Assembly: GCF_036321535.1 (NCBI RefSeq)
Contig: NC_087437.1
Coordinates: forward strand, 113,214,001-113,278,000
Reading direction: 5' to 3'
Length of the DNA stretch: 64,000 nucleotides
Origin: Camelus dromedarius
Lineage: Eukaryota
Below the pieces are notes generated by a model that saw only the letters and a program-made list of their open reading frames with translations, made no database searches and was not told the origin of the DNA. Both the position numbers and the translations under genes were made by a program. Below, piece after piece: positions 13,191 to 25,150 of the stretch; position 1 is the first letter of the stretch, and every line of letters starts with the position of its first letter.

Positions 13191-13440
13191 CTCAGAGGCC
13201 ACGGCCTAGGGATGCTGCTGGAATTGACAAGGCAGACACAGACACCGGAGAACTGCTGACAGTCGGTTAGAGGAGGAATGTAATTTCTAGAAATATAGTG
13301 TTGTTAATCCACCCCTCACCCCTTACAATAGAAAAAAAAAAAACCAATTACATCCATATGATAAAGAGTACAAGGACCTTGTGATTAGAAAAACCAGATC
13401 ATCAGGGAGACTCGGTCTAGTTTAAACCAGTTGTGGCGGG

Positions 13441-13830
13441 TCACAACGAAGGCTTCCTCTCGGGAAGGTATGCATTGGGTCGTTCGGCAGCCAGCTGGTT
13501 TTCAACGACGTAGCACGCCCTGCAGCTCTCCAGAATCCGCTCCTGGAAGTACGCCTTGTCCTTCTCCTGCCAGGCGTCAGACTCGATGTACACGTTGAAT
13601 GGGTCTCGGGAGTGCTCCAGTTTCTTGGAGCGGATGTAACTCAGCATGATGCCCAGCGTGAAGAAGCCGAAAAAGCCAAGCACCATGAGGATGTAGAGGG
13701 CGGCCAGCCTGCTGTCATCATGACCGGGGGCCCTGCGGGCCAGGCCGGATGAATTGCTGCCCTGTTGAACTGTCCCTTGCCACAGCGTGGTCAGAAAGGG
13801 CGTCACGGCTGTGGCATTGGGCAGGATCAT
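13441..13830 (-). CDS. KCNE1: Potassium voltage-gated channel subfamily E member 1 (minK/IsK), single coding exon, 129 aa
   Basis: ATG at 13830-13828 (GCCAGGATGA) to TGA at 13443-13441 gives [13 protein letters not shown]...[50 protein letters not shown]...KPSL. It has the KCNE1 transmembrane segment with F57-T58-L59, N-glycosylation sequons N5 and N26, and D76/S102. A polypyrimidine acceptor (CTTTTCTTTTAG, AG at 13884-13883) lies 52 nt upstream of the ATG. Confidence 0.99.
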   Translation of the reverse strand: MILPNATAVTPFLTTLWQGTVQQGSNSSGLARRAPGHDDSRLAALYILMVLGFFGFFTLGIMLSYIRSKKLEHSRDPFNVYIESDAWQEKDKAYFQERILESCRACYVVENQLAAERPNAYLPERKPSL

Positions 13831-14189
13831 CCTGGCCTTCAGGGTTTCAGTGCTGGACAGGGAGCTCCCCCAGGAAAACCTTCTAAAAGAAAAGCGCAAC
13901 CTAAGTCAAAAAATATGTACTGTCCTTCCCCCTCACGCAGACACACATGCACACACACATGGGCACACAATTTAAAAGAAAATCTCAATGAGAGAGGTAC
14001 CCTACCAGTCACATCAGTCATGGTGTGTGCCCCCGCGGACCTGCACAGTCTCCTCTCTTGATCGAGCAGCTGATCAGTTGATTCACCTTTATTTCTGTTC
14101 CCCACTCCCAGCCCTTAATTCCACAGGTGATCACCAGAACGAGCTCCCTTAATACACACATTGTGTCGAATGGGTGCATTTCAGTGTAT

Positions 14190-14360
14190 GTGCTGTGGAC
14201 CAAATTGTGTCCTCCCCCAATTCACGCGTTCAAGCCCTAACCCCTACTGTGATGTAGCTGGAGGCAGGGTCTTTAGGAGGGAATTAAGGTTACATGAGGT
14301 CAGAAAGCTAAAGCCTTAATCTGAGAGGACCGTGGCCTTAGAAGAAGAGGGAGACCCTTG
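14190..14360 (+). mobile_element. MLT1A-like LTR 5' fragment
   Basis: TGCTGTGGACCAAATTGTGTCCTCCCCCAATTCAC...GTCTTTAGGAGGGAATTAAGGTTACATGAGGTC. Confidence 0.7.
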
Positions 14361-17300
14361 GTCTGGGTCCCTGTCTGGCACTGGGACTTTTAGAAGCTTC
14401 CCAAGTGATCTTACTTGGTAGCGTCGACTGAGAACCACAGAGCCATGGTCTTGACCCTCAGGAAATAGACCAGTCAGTCTTTTGCGCCGCAAGGGAACCG
14501 GAGGAACTTTGAAGAAGAGAAGTAATAGTTTCATAGCATAATTTTCAAATCTTGTTTGCTTTTCGGATTTTATTTTTCAGTCTTGCACATCCCTGATGTA
14601 ATGTGAAGAGAAGGTGCAGAGAGAAATTCTCAAGCCACCCCCGTGACCTCAGCTCCCCCCACCCTAGCTCACGCTGGCACCTTCAGTTTTGATGAGCATG
14701 TCGGAGCTTCATACTGGACCAGAAAAGCCAAGTTAATGAACGGCCTTTCACATAACAACTCTGCATTTTTAAAGAAAAATCTTTTTCTTACTTTACACTT
14801 AATTGATTATACTGCTTTTGCTAAATGCCTTCTGTGCCCCCAAGGCCTGCATGCTGGGTCACGTGATATTTTTGCCAAATGAGCCACAAAATGAGTTTGG
14901 CAACATCCTGTAATGGCCAGCACGGTGTAAATGACACAGGACTCAACCTACATGAACACTGGGGGCTTAACTTTCGTTCTCCAATTTCACATCCATTATA
15001 ATGCCAAAGCATTGCCCCCTGGCCACAGTTTAAGACTGTGGGACTCAAATGGGTTTGGAGACCAGCTGATCCAACAGTCTTAACTTGGTAGACAACTGAG
15101 TCCCCTGGAGGTGAGCTGACTTGCCCAAGGTCATGACTTCTATCAAAATACATCTAAATGTTAATCTTTTAGCCATGGACTCACATTTTATTAACACAGA
15201 AAAGGGAATTCCCAGGACCTTGCAGAGAGAAGGCAGATTATTTGGGCTCAAAGGAACGGAGGAGCTGGCCACTTGTATCAGGTGAAACTGGGTCTACCCA
15301 ACTGGGGGCTGGTTTCTGACCTAAATCTGCCATCAGAGGACCCCTCTCCCCGACCGGGGAGAATCACAGCTTTTTGTAGCTTCCAGGATGAATAGGGAGC
15401 TGAAGGAGGCAGAAACAGCAGGAACCAGGAAGGTTCAGCTCCAAACACAACCAGTTTGATGCTCAGAAAGAAGGGGTGGGGTGTTCTAGAAGTTTCTGCT
15501 TCTGCCTGTTTGAGCCTTCATGAGACATAGACACTGCTCCTAATCAAAGTTAGTGTAATTTTTTTTTCTTTAAAGTTTAAACCGAGAGCTGCTGGCCTAC
15601 TGAGAACCACTCAGAATCTGGGGCTCTGGGCAGCTGAGCTGAGCTGAACAGCCACAAATGGAGGCCAACTGGGCCTCCAGTGCCCCGGGGTTCTGCAAGC
15701 ACCCCCGCGCACCCAGAGGAGGGGGGCAGCGGGTGATGTCACCCCCTTCCCGGCACACACTGCCCTCCTGCATTTCCCTACGTGTTCCAGCTCCGGCTCC
15801 TATCAGCGCTGATAAGAGCCTGGAGGCTTTTAGAACAGATTTCCTAGTACTGCACCCCCCCTCCCCATTCGTTCTATGTGCTTACAGAAAGAGGAAGGTT
15901 TTTGTGGCTGACTCCAGCCTCTCTTTTGAGAGGGAAAGATTCTGGGGGCAAGTCGGGGAAGGCGGAATGTCTGATCTCCAGCTCAAGGATCTGAGTTCCA
16001 GCCCTGGCTTAGCCCTAGACAAGCCACGGGGCTCTCTGGGACCTGAGCTCACTTACCCAGGTGGGATAGGGACGACATGCCTGTCATTCTTAACAGCATT
16101 CCTTAAGTATCCCTAAAAGAGCATCCAGTCTTGAAGCAGAATTGCAGTAGGAACAATTATGGATAAGCTTAATTTGGGTGACTATAATCTTACTGTCAAA
16201 AATTCTATGAGCCAATTTTCTTTGGAAATAACTGTCAACTGTTTTCATCTTTATCACAGCACTAGCTCCAAATTCTGGAGATGTATTTACCTCCTAGCAG
16301 AGAAGAAGCCAGTGGGACCCAGACCCTCCCAGGCAGGCAGCTGCCTTTGCCTTGGGCTTCGCACCTTCCTCTGTCCCGAGAGGGGAGTCACTAGGCGGCG
16401 GGGCCTCCAAAACTCAGGGTGAAACTGGTGCAGAAGCACAGCATCCGGCTGTCCTCACAGATCTGAAAAGGGCTTTCTGTCGCCTCCCTGCTGGATGTGG
16501 GGTGGGGCTCTTGAGTCTGGTCACAGGACCAAGAGCTTCCCAGACCTCTCTGCATGTGACCGAGAGGAGCTTTGGGATGTGAAGGACAGAAATGTGAACC
16601 AGGGAGCCGAGGAAAGGGACCTGGTCAAACTCAACATGGGAAAAAGTACAAGCATGTTGGCGTGGAGGGTTTCCAGACTCCAGCAGGGTAGCTGAAGTCC
16701 CACAGAAGGAAGAAACTCACCTTCAGCAAATTAAATGAATTTGGGGAGCCTCAGTTTCCTCATCTGAAAACTGGGAAAAATGGAACCTCCCCTGACTATA
16801 CCACAGAGTTTTGGGAGGCATGGAATAAGCCCACAACTTCCGTATCTCTTGCTTTTGATGCTCTCTCTGCAACAGGGGCACAGCCACCATGTTTGCTTGC
16901 TAAAATCCTACTGGTCTTCCAAAAGCGGGCTCCTATGCCAACCTGGATACGAAGCCCCTACCAGATGTCCCCTCCCCTCCCCTCCTTTGAGCCGCTCATA
17001 TCATCTGTGCGCTTGTCTGTACACTTCCTTCCAGAAGCTCGAGAAGAGGTGTTTTGCTCACCTTATCCCCACTCCAGCACCCAGAATGATTCCATAAGGG
17101 GTTGCTGAGTTGAACAAGGATGCAAAGCATTAAATTCAATTCAACTACAATGTGACTGTGAGAGGAAATAATAAAGTGTAAGACGCTCTGGAAAGAGCTC
17201 AGTGGGCAACCAAATGAAAACCTCTCTAATGTAGTATAATAACATTGAAATTATTTTCGTGTTTATTTTATTAACATTATTTATTTTGTATTTTAAAATT

Positions 17301-17399
17301 TATACTATTAATATAGTTATATATGTCTGCATCCCACCTTATTTCTAAAAAGGTTTAAGGCCATGAGTAATTGCTAATAATACAGCATAGTTTTCATCC

Positions 17400-17660
17400 C
17401 TCCTCCCTACTCATCACCCTTATCTTGCTGTCCCTTTTTCCAGAGTACTTACCACCTGCTGATATAGTGCAGTTTTCTTGTTTATTATGTTCATTGTTTA
17501 TTGTTTGTCTTCCCAAACAATAAGCTTCTGTAAGCTATTGAGGGCAGAGATCTTTGCTTGGGCAGTTCCCATGTATCCCAAAGACCAGAACGGTGTCTGG
17601 TATATGGTAGGAGCACAGTAAATATTCACAGGACTCAGACATGCATGCGTGAATGAGCAA
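17400..17660. mobile_element. L2 3' end
   Basis: TAAGCT...GAGGGCAGAGATCTTTG...TATGGTAGGAGCACAGTAAATATT pattern. Confidence 0.65.
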
Positions 17661-18569
17661 ATGTCCCATTCAGCCACCAGAAGCACGAACCACACAAACT
17701 GTCTTACCAGCTCCACCTTCAGAGACTTAAGATGACAGGAGTGAGTCTCCTTTGATGTCCTCACAGTGCGCTTTGTTTTCAAAACAATCCACTTCTAATA
17801 ACCTGTCCAAAACAAGACATATCGGAACTGAATATTCTGGACACTGAGAATGCCTTCCTCAGATCCGTCCTCAGCTCATCTCTCACGGGAGCAGGAAACC
17901 GAGCAGAGCAAGCAGAGGGGGTGGCCGCTCCCCCCACCCGGTTAGAAGCCCACAGATGAGAATCAAGGAACTTCTTGACAATTCACTCCTCACACATGAG
18001 TTAAAGCTGCTGTGTGATCCCAGCAAAGTTCCCCACCGCTGGGACCATAAGTGACAGCTGTGGTTACAGACAAGGCCCTTCTTTAATGGAGCTGGAAGCT
18101 CCTTCTCAACCTAAAAGTGGACTCAGGTCACAAATAGCAATCTGGAAAAGGGGGCGGGGGGGGAGGGGGTAACATGTGATAGACTCCCACATGGCACATG
18201 ACTGCTACTGGCTCAGCTTTCTTCCAAAAGTTCCACACTTTCCCCAATTACTGCAATCGAGATGAGACACCAGCAATGTGCCCTGCATCCCATGCCTCTT
18301 CCCCGGGGGAGATGCCAAGCCCAAGAACCTTTCTTGTCCCCCGACTCCCGCAGAAAAAAAAGAAAGAAAAAAAGTTCCCTTTGAGGCCATGTGTGTATGC
18401 AAGCATTGCCCGAACTGGAGGTCTCTGAAACCAGGTGGGGACGGGATCCTGGGCGAGGGGAGGGAGGTTTAGTTTTCTTTGGATGTTTTTAGGTATTTCC
18501 CTGATTTTCTACAAGAACGACTGTAATTTAATCACAATGGGGAAATGTCGTTATTTGGGGGCATGAGTT

Positions 18570-19130
18570 CTAGGCGCGTGAACAGGGCAGAGGGAAAGGA
18601 GGCTTCAGGGCGAGCCATCTATTCCGTCGCCTCCGGCCTGGGGGCACCCTCTGTGGCCCGGGGGCTGGGACCGGGTCCCCGGAGCCCCCTCAGGGTCGCC
18701 AGACTGGGGAGCCGCAGGCCGGGCGAGGAGCCGGGAGGCAGGAGCCCTTGACTTACCGGGGCCGGGGCGCCGAAGGAGCCGGGAGCGCAGCGCAGTCCAC
18801 GCCGGCCGAGCGCAGGGCGCCGACAGCCGCGCCCCGGGCGGCGCGCTCCGGGGGCCAGTGCGCGGGGGTGAGGGGGGGGGGAGCTGGGGGGCTGGCGGGC
18901 GGGCGGGGCCTCGGGAGCCAGAGGGCGCCCCGCCCCGTCCCCGCCGAGCCCGCGGTCCCCAGGCCACGCCGGGCCAGCCCCCGCCCACACCGACCTTTCG
19001 CACCGGCGTCCGGGAGGCGAAAGCGCGCGGGGTAGGTGCAGAGCCCGCAGAGAGGCCGTGTTGGAACCGCCAGCCAGCCAGCCAGCCAGACAGCCAGATC
19101 CACCCGCCTGTGGGAGTCTGGGGTTGGCAG
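18570..19130 (-). promoter_or_regulatory. KCNE1: CpG island / proximal promoter of KCNE1
   Basis: Very GC- and CpG-rich stretch with multiple GC boxes (GGGCGG/CCGCCC), about 5 kb 5' of the coding exon on the minus strand; contains a strong splice donor. Confidence 0.85.
18757..18860 (-). other. KCNE1: KCNE1 non-coding first exon (5' end approximate)
   Basis: Minus-strand consensus donor CCG|GTAAGT (GT at 18756-18755) inside the CpG island. The exon has no ATG, and its end resembles the recalled human KCNE1 exon-1 end. Confidence 0.7.
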
Positions 19131-22100
19131 GCAAGAAGCCGCTGTGACCAAGCGTCCACAGAGGCCTGGAGACCCCCCACCTTCAGCCAGAGATTAGCCA
19201 AACACCCCTTCAAACAGCTCCAAGCAATAATTTCAAAGATGCCCAGAACCCCAGCCGACTCCTTTTAGCTGCACCCTGAACCCTAGAAGCGGCCATGCAT
19301 CTATTCGGAAAGCATTTACTGAGCACTTCCTGACTGCCAAGCTGGGGGTACAGCTGTGGACCAGACAAGTGAAGGTCCCAGTGTGCAGTGGCAGTCTGTG
19401 GAGCCACCCACGATTTGGGGACCCTGTTCCTAAGTCCTTGGGGCCGTGGGAACAGCCTTTCGGGTAGCCAGGGGCAAACTGCACGATGGCCAGAGTGAAC
19501 TGGAGACAAATTTGACAGCAGCTGTTCACCAGCTTGGGGGCCAAGAGAGCAATTCCCAAATGACAGACCCGTGAAAGCGCTGGGGAATTAGGTCCAGGCT
19601 TGCGGTCTGCAGGCAGGAGCAGAGAAATTAGAGTCCTGACCTAGAGATAGAAGAGATTTTCTGAGGCCCCCACAGTCTTCCCCGGCCAGTCGCTTCTCCT
19701 GGGACCTCTGCCTTGGTGTTCTCTTGGGGAAGGAGACCAGTGAAGGCTCTCGAGGGGATCCACGGGGTGTGGCATTGGTCTAGGACTCAGCCCAGATGGC
19801 ACAGGCGGAGCTGGCACCCCCCTGCACGGTGGGTGCTAGTCTAAACCCACGCAGCCACTTCGGAAAGTCCTAAAACGTCCATAGCCTTGATGTGGACTTA
19901 CACCATGTAAAATCTATTCTGTGGAGGAGATCTGAACTGTAGAAAAGCTTTATGCATCGCAAGACCCTATTTTTTTCACGTATTATACTACAGGGACCCC
20001 CTGTTGCTACAAGGGGGGTTGTAAATGTTGTCTTAATGACCGCATATAATATTCCAGTATGTAGAATATTCTATCACATGTACCGTAATGAAACCACTCT
20101 TCTATTTTGAGACATTTATATTTTAGTTATTGTAAGTAAAACTACAAAGAGAGAGCCTTGTTGGAAGCTTGGCTTCTCTATCCCCGTGGGTGACTCTCAC
20201 TTCTCAGTGAGAAACGCCTCCAAAGCCAGCAACCTCTCTTGAGCAGCCGCAGAGCATAATCCGGGAGCCATAAGATGCTGAAATTACAATACGTCCTTCC
20301 CACCAGAAGGCCAAGGGTGAAGGGCACTGAAATCCCTATCCTGCCCGCGGTGACAGGTGAGGAGGTGCAGACTGGGAGGAGAGAGCCCCACCTCGCTGCC
20401 CAGGCTTCCCCCAGGGCTACCCCAGTCCCATCACCATCCAACAGAGATGGCCGGACATGTCCGTGTCTTCTCTGCTGGCCATTCGGTGCTCTCCCATTTT
20501 CTGTCCTCCTTCCTTGGCCTGTATCTCCCACCTGATTTGCTTAGTCACAGGAGGTGTGCTTCAAGTTTCCCCCTGGGATTCCTCTTTGCCTGGGGGTCCT
20601 GCACACAAGAGGCATCCTTCCCAAATGCTTCACTCACCTGGCATTCTCCTAAAACTCTCTAGAGAGCTGCTCCTGTTTTAAAAAGAAACCACCCACATCC
20701 TGCTGAGGGATGGAGTGGGGCCCTACATGCCGTTCCAGCTCCCCGACCTCGTTTCCCACTGCTCTGCTCCCCTGAGCTCCCACACCAGTGCTGCCCCCAT
20801 CCTCTGTGCATCCCCCATCTTTTCCAGCTTCAGACCCTTCTCCATGGAGTCTGCCCTCTGCTTCCAGCTTTATGAACTACAGGTTGATGAGTGTCCTCAA
20901 ATCCCAGATCTTCAGCAAAGGTCTAAGACTAGGGGACACTGGCCAGCTCTGAGCCTCCAGCCATAGCATGCATTTGTTTGCTTTAATTTTGAATTAGTTT
21001 TTCAGATTAAGAAAAATTGAGAGCTCTTGTAAGAAATATCTAGATTTTTGACTTCTCTCACAAAACTCAGTGGATCTAGAAACTTCATGCCCATCTTTGG
21101 CAGAACAACACACAGCAGGAGCTGATAACATCAGCCTCTTCTCACAAAAATGCAAACTCCACATTCTCCCTGACAAGGACACTTAGCAGATCCCACTTAC
21201 GGAATGTCCTGCCTGGTTCTGTAAGAGTTCAGTTTGTTACATTTGCTCCAGGCCCTTCCATTCCAGGACAGAGCTTCTGCAAATCCCTTTCTCTGGCCAT
21301 TCCTTCACTTTGCACACCTGGGAACTTGTTTTCTCATTGAATTGTTCTGGCCTTGCTCATGTGTTGTGTTGCAAGGGCCTTTTGGCTGTTTCAGCTGTCT
21401 GTGTTCTGTTTCTCCTTGTAGAGCAGTGGTTCTGAATTTTTCAGGATTCTTCTTGGGAATCTGGGAAAAGTGACACTTTTCCCCTGCCGCAGCCTAATGC
21501 CACAGGTGCGACATTTTACCTACAATTCGGCAGACTGGTGAACCCTAGAGGTGCGATTCTTGGCCGCAGTGTTAGGAACTGTTGATTTAAGGCATCTCCC
21601 ATAAAACAAATTCAACTCTAGCATCAATTCTATTGGTCTTTACAGTGTATGATGCTCAAAAATTGCCACTGCTTGTTGTCTGATGGGTGGGCAGCAAGAT
21701 TGTCCATCAAAATAGTCATTTAAGCTGCCTCTGCCTAGGTCTTGGGGGCAGCTGCACTAATTTTTGCCACCCTTGAGTCAGTCAAAGAAGACTATGGCTG
21801 GATATGGACCCTCTGATTCAGACATGACAGCTGCCCTTGCCTTTGACAAATAACCACAACTTTCACCTTGTTATGGAAAGAGCACAGATCTAATTAAGAG
21901 AACTTTTTCCAAAGAAATAACAGTGTTGGTTTACCTCGCTCTGCCTCTCTCCACCCCTTTATGTCCTGGAATAATGCTGTGCTGATAGGAACATGGATAA
22001 ATTAATTACAGCTTGGAATGTTATTTATGGCCTAGAAAGGACACTAAATCTACACATACGGTGTTTGACATTTGAATACAAACATTGTCCTTATGTGTTT

Positions 22101-24893
22101 TTTTTTTAAACTCGGTCTGTCCAGTGTACACTGACTTATGTATAATCCCTTTGAACGCCGTGGATTTAAAATCACAAAGGTAACAATATGCTGAGTGTTT
22201 TACTCAGCCAAAGAACAAGGAGCCGCAGGAATGAGATTAGCATCTCTTCACTTCCTTGCGTGTCTGATATTATTTTGGTGCACCTCCAATTCCCGATAAC
22301 ACAGAAGCACTCTTGTGGCCAGCGTGCCTCAGATGGAAGGACGTTGGCAAGCCTGAATTTAAAACCAGGGCAGGCAGCCTTTCTGGGAATGCATGAAGGT
22401 CACTTTTTAGAAACGGGGCTATTCACAGCCATTGTCATAGTTTCTGTGTTATTTCAACCAGGACCTTCAGCCTGGAAGCCCAGATTCCTGTGGATTTCTG
22501 CAGGTCCTCCATGGGGATTGAAGGAATAAGAGAAGAAATCAGAGGTGGTGTCTGGCAGGACTCAAAGGAGGATGAGAGGAAATATATTTGAAGGAAATCT
22601 TTAGAAAAGTCAGTTCCAAAATGCCTTTAGGTGCAAAATTTGTCAACAGTGAAAAGATTTTGATGACAATCTTGATCTTCAAACTAAATCCCTATTCTGG
22701 GTAATGTCCTAGTCTGGACTCGGACCCTTTTCCTTACGATTTTTCTCAATAGATGAATCTTCTCCTTGGATAATTAGTCAGGTCAATCCACTGCTTACTG
22801 AGTTCCTCTTTGGGTAGCATCCCAGAAGGGCATCCAATCAAATGTATGTCCAAATTCTCCCACCTTGCAGATTAGAGCTCAAATGTCCTTTCTCTCACTA
22901 ACTTCCCCCATGTCACCACTAACACATACAAAGACTTTCTGGCAGAAGTGATGTCTTCCTGCTGGGGACCACTGTGCAGATGCCAGCAGCAGCTGGGTGT
23001 CACCACTGACCACGGCCCTCTGCCTGTGGTGCTCTCAGGACTGCTCTTCTCTTCTCAGTTCTGAAGCCCCTATCAGGCCAGCCCACATCAGCTATTACCA
23101 CAAGAGTTTCCTGGCCAATCCCTTGGCCCAGTCCAACCCTCTTCATCCATCCTTGCATGGTCCACTTCACCACTCTTCATTTTCTACCCTACATGTCAGG
23201 AATCAGTGACCACGTTGGCTCTCCTGCAATAAAAGATTCTACCAAAGGATTTGCCTTTCAGTCCTCTGCTACGACCAGCACAGAGCTAGGCATGTGGAAG
23301 GGGATTCCTAGACATTCCTATCCATAATTTGGGGGATACCCCTTTCTGGACCAGTCATAGACCAGTCATAGACCAGACTGTATGAGCTGGTGGTGTCTGA
23401 GCATGACAGAGCCTCAGTGAACACTTGCTGAGTTAAGCTGAATTGAATGGAATGCTGGAGCATGGAAATTTGGGCTGGAAAGGTAAATGGGAGGAAGAAG
23501 TGAGAATGACAGTATCTAAATTAAAATCCAGCATTGTGACAGCAGATCAGACCTTTTCTCCTCTGGTACTATTCTGGAAATCACAAAATGCTCAAGGTGT
23601 CCTAAGCATTGCAAAATTGGTCAAGGGATTTGTCTTTAGTAAATGCCATGATTGTTCAGTGTTCTGTTTCTCTTGGCAGCAAGAATGAGTGAAAGGTAAA
23701 ATGGGACGAGCTCTGGAGTGCTGTGTTGGGGTACAATCTCTGTGGGTAACCATAATCATCCATTTGCTAACCCTGAATTGAAGCACTTGAATTCTGTTTC
23801 TTGTTTTGCCCATTTGTCACTTGGGGTAATAGGAACACCTGCTCTGTTTGACTCATTGCATCGGCGTGATGAAGTAAATCAGCTTCTTTAAATCCCTGTG
23901 TGACAAGGCAGTGAATTGAAAATAAAAAAGATAGGGAAGAGTGTTTTGAACAAGACAGCTCAATGAGTTCTTGCTTTGATCCATCGTTTAGCTCTGAACA
24001 CAAAGCCATGACAGATAAGATCTAAAAATAGAAAGCTAAAAAGAAATGTCTGGCTCAACAAAGGCAGAAGAAAACCGCCAGAAGCCTCTGACCCACTGGG
24101 CTCTTTGTCTAAAACCGGCAGGGAGGTTGGCTCCTGTGTGACAAACCCAAGACACAAACATCCAAGATGGCAGACAGGAACAAAGGACATTGCTTGAAGT
24201 CAGGAACTGGGGTGGGAGCCCTGAAAGAAAGAAATCATGGCTTACCATTACCTGGAGACCAAGATTTTCGAAGAATGAGGATCTAGGAATGTAGGGCTGG
24301 CGACCCAACCCCCAGCCAAAAACTGAATCTAGTCATGTACTGGTCTCATGATGCCATGAATGTCCCCACAGTTGCTGTGAGTGAGACAGAAGCCCCAAAC
24401 TGCCTTTACAACATCTGGTGCAGGTTGAAATCCCAGAGTCCAGGTGAAAGCTATCACAAGATGATCATCAGAAAAGACCTCACTGGGTGCGGTGGAAGCA
24501 GGTGGGCGGAAAAAAATGAAAAGAATAAAAACAAAAACCTCTCTCAAAATGAGCCTCAAAATAAGAATTCTAAAACATGTGAAGAAATCTAATATGAAGG
24601 GCAGTCAAAAATTCTTCACTCATTTTATGAAGCTAGAACTCTCTAATATGAAACTACATAAGGACTGGATGAAAAAGGGAAATTGCAAGCCAGTACCACT
24701 CCTGGAAATAGACGCAGAAATGCTAGATAAAATATTCGCAAACTGAACCCAGCAGTTCTAAAATAAACACTGTATCATAATAGAGGTGGGTTTACCCCAG
24801 GAACACCAAGTTAGTTTAACACAGTATAATACAAGAAAATCAGTGGGTGTAATTAACATATTACTAGAATTAATATTAATATTAATATTATGA

Positions 24894-25150
24894 TGTGATG
24901 GCTAATTTTATGTGTCAACTGGACTACCACATAGTGCCCAGATATTTGTTCAAACCCTGTTCTGGGTGTTTCTGTGAGGGGGTTCTGGGATGAGATTCAC
25001 ATTTAAATCACAGAGTGAGTAAAGCAGATTACTCAGGGAGGGTGGGCTTTATCCAATCAGTTGAAGACTGGGATAGAACAAAAGACTGACTCTCCCATGA
25101 GCAAGAGAGAGTTCTTCTGCCTGCCGTTTCTTCCTGGCTTACTGCTTTTC
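24894..25150 (+). mobile_element. MLT2 (ERVL) LTR fragment
   Basis: TGTGATGGCTAATTTTATGTGTCAACTGGACT...TCCAATCAGTTGAAG is the typical MLT2 5' end. Confidence 0.85.

Larger units (their letters stand above)
10780..13440 (-). other. KCNE1: KCNE1 3'UTR (3' end uncertain: ~11610 or ~10780)
   Basis: Follows the stop codon. Canonical AATAAA at 11636-11631; a second site has AATAAC at 10806-10801 with a GU-rich downstream element at 10763-10746. Confidence 0.5.

Noticed and set aside
13831..13899. 23-aa N-terminal extension of KCNE1 in the 152-aa ORF call
   Set aside because: It begins at a non-ATG codon inside the intron's polypyrimidine tract. The true ATG at 13830 gives the canonical 129 aa.
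14858..14866. Isolated GTCACGTGA E-box (another at 50730-50738)
   Set aside because: Single short motifs without supporting context are expected occasionally by chance.
18545..19268. Several overlapping 95-202 aa ORFs on both strands
   Set aside because: Stop-codon depletion in a CpG island; low-complexity G/P/R/A content with no recognisable domain.
19988..20023. Imperfect hairpin ACCCCCTGT...ACAAGGGGGGT
   Set aside because: Short and imperfect, inside a decayed repeat-like region; not a credible pre-miRNA.
23349..23378. 11-bp tandem duplication GACCAGTCATA
   Set aside because: Simple slippage duplication with no spacers; not CRISPR-like and no functional sign.
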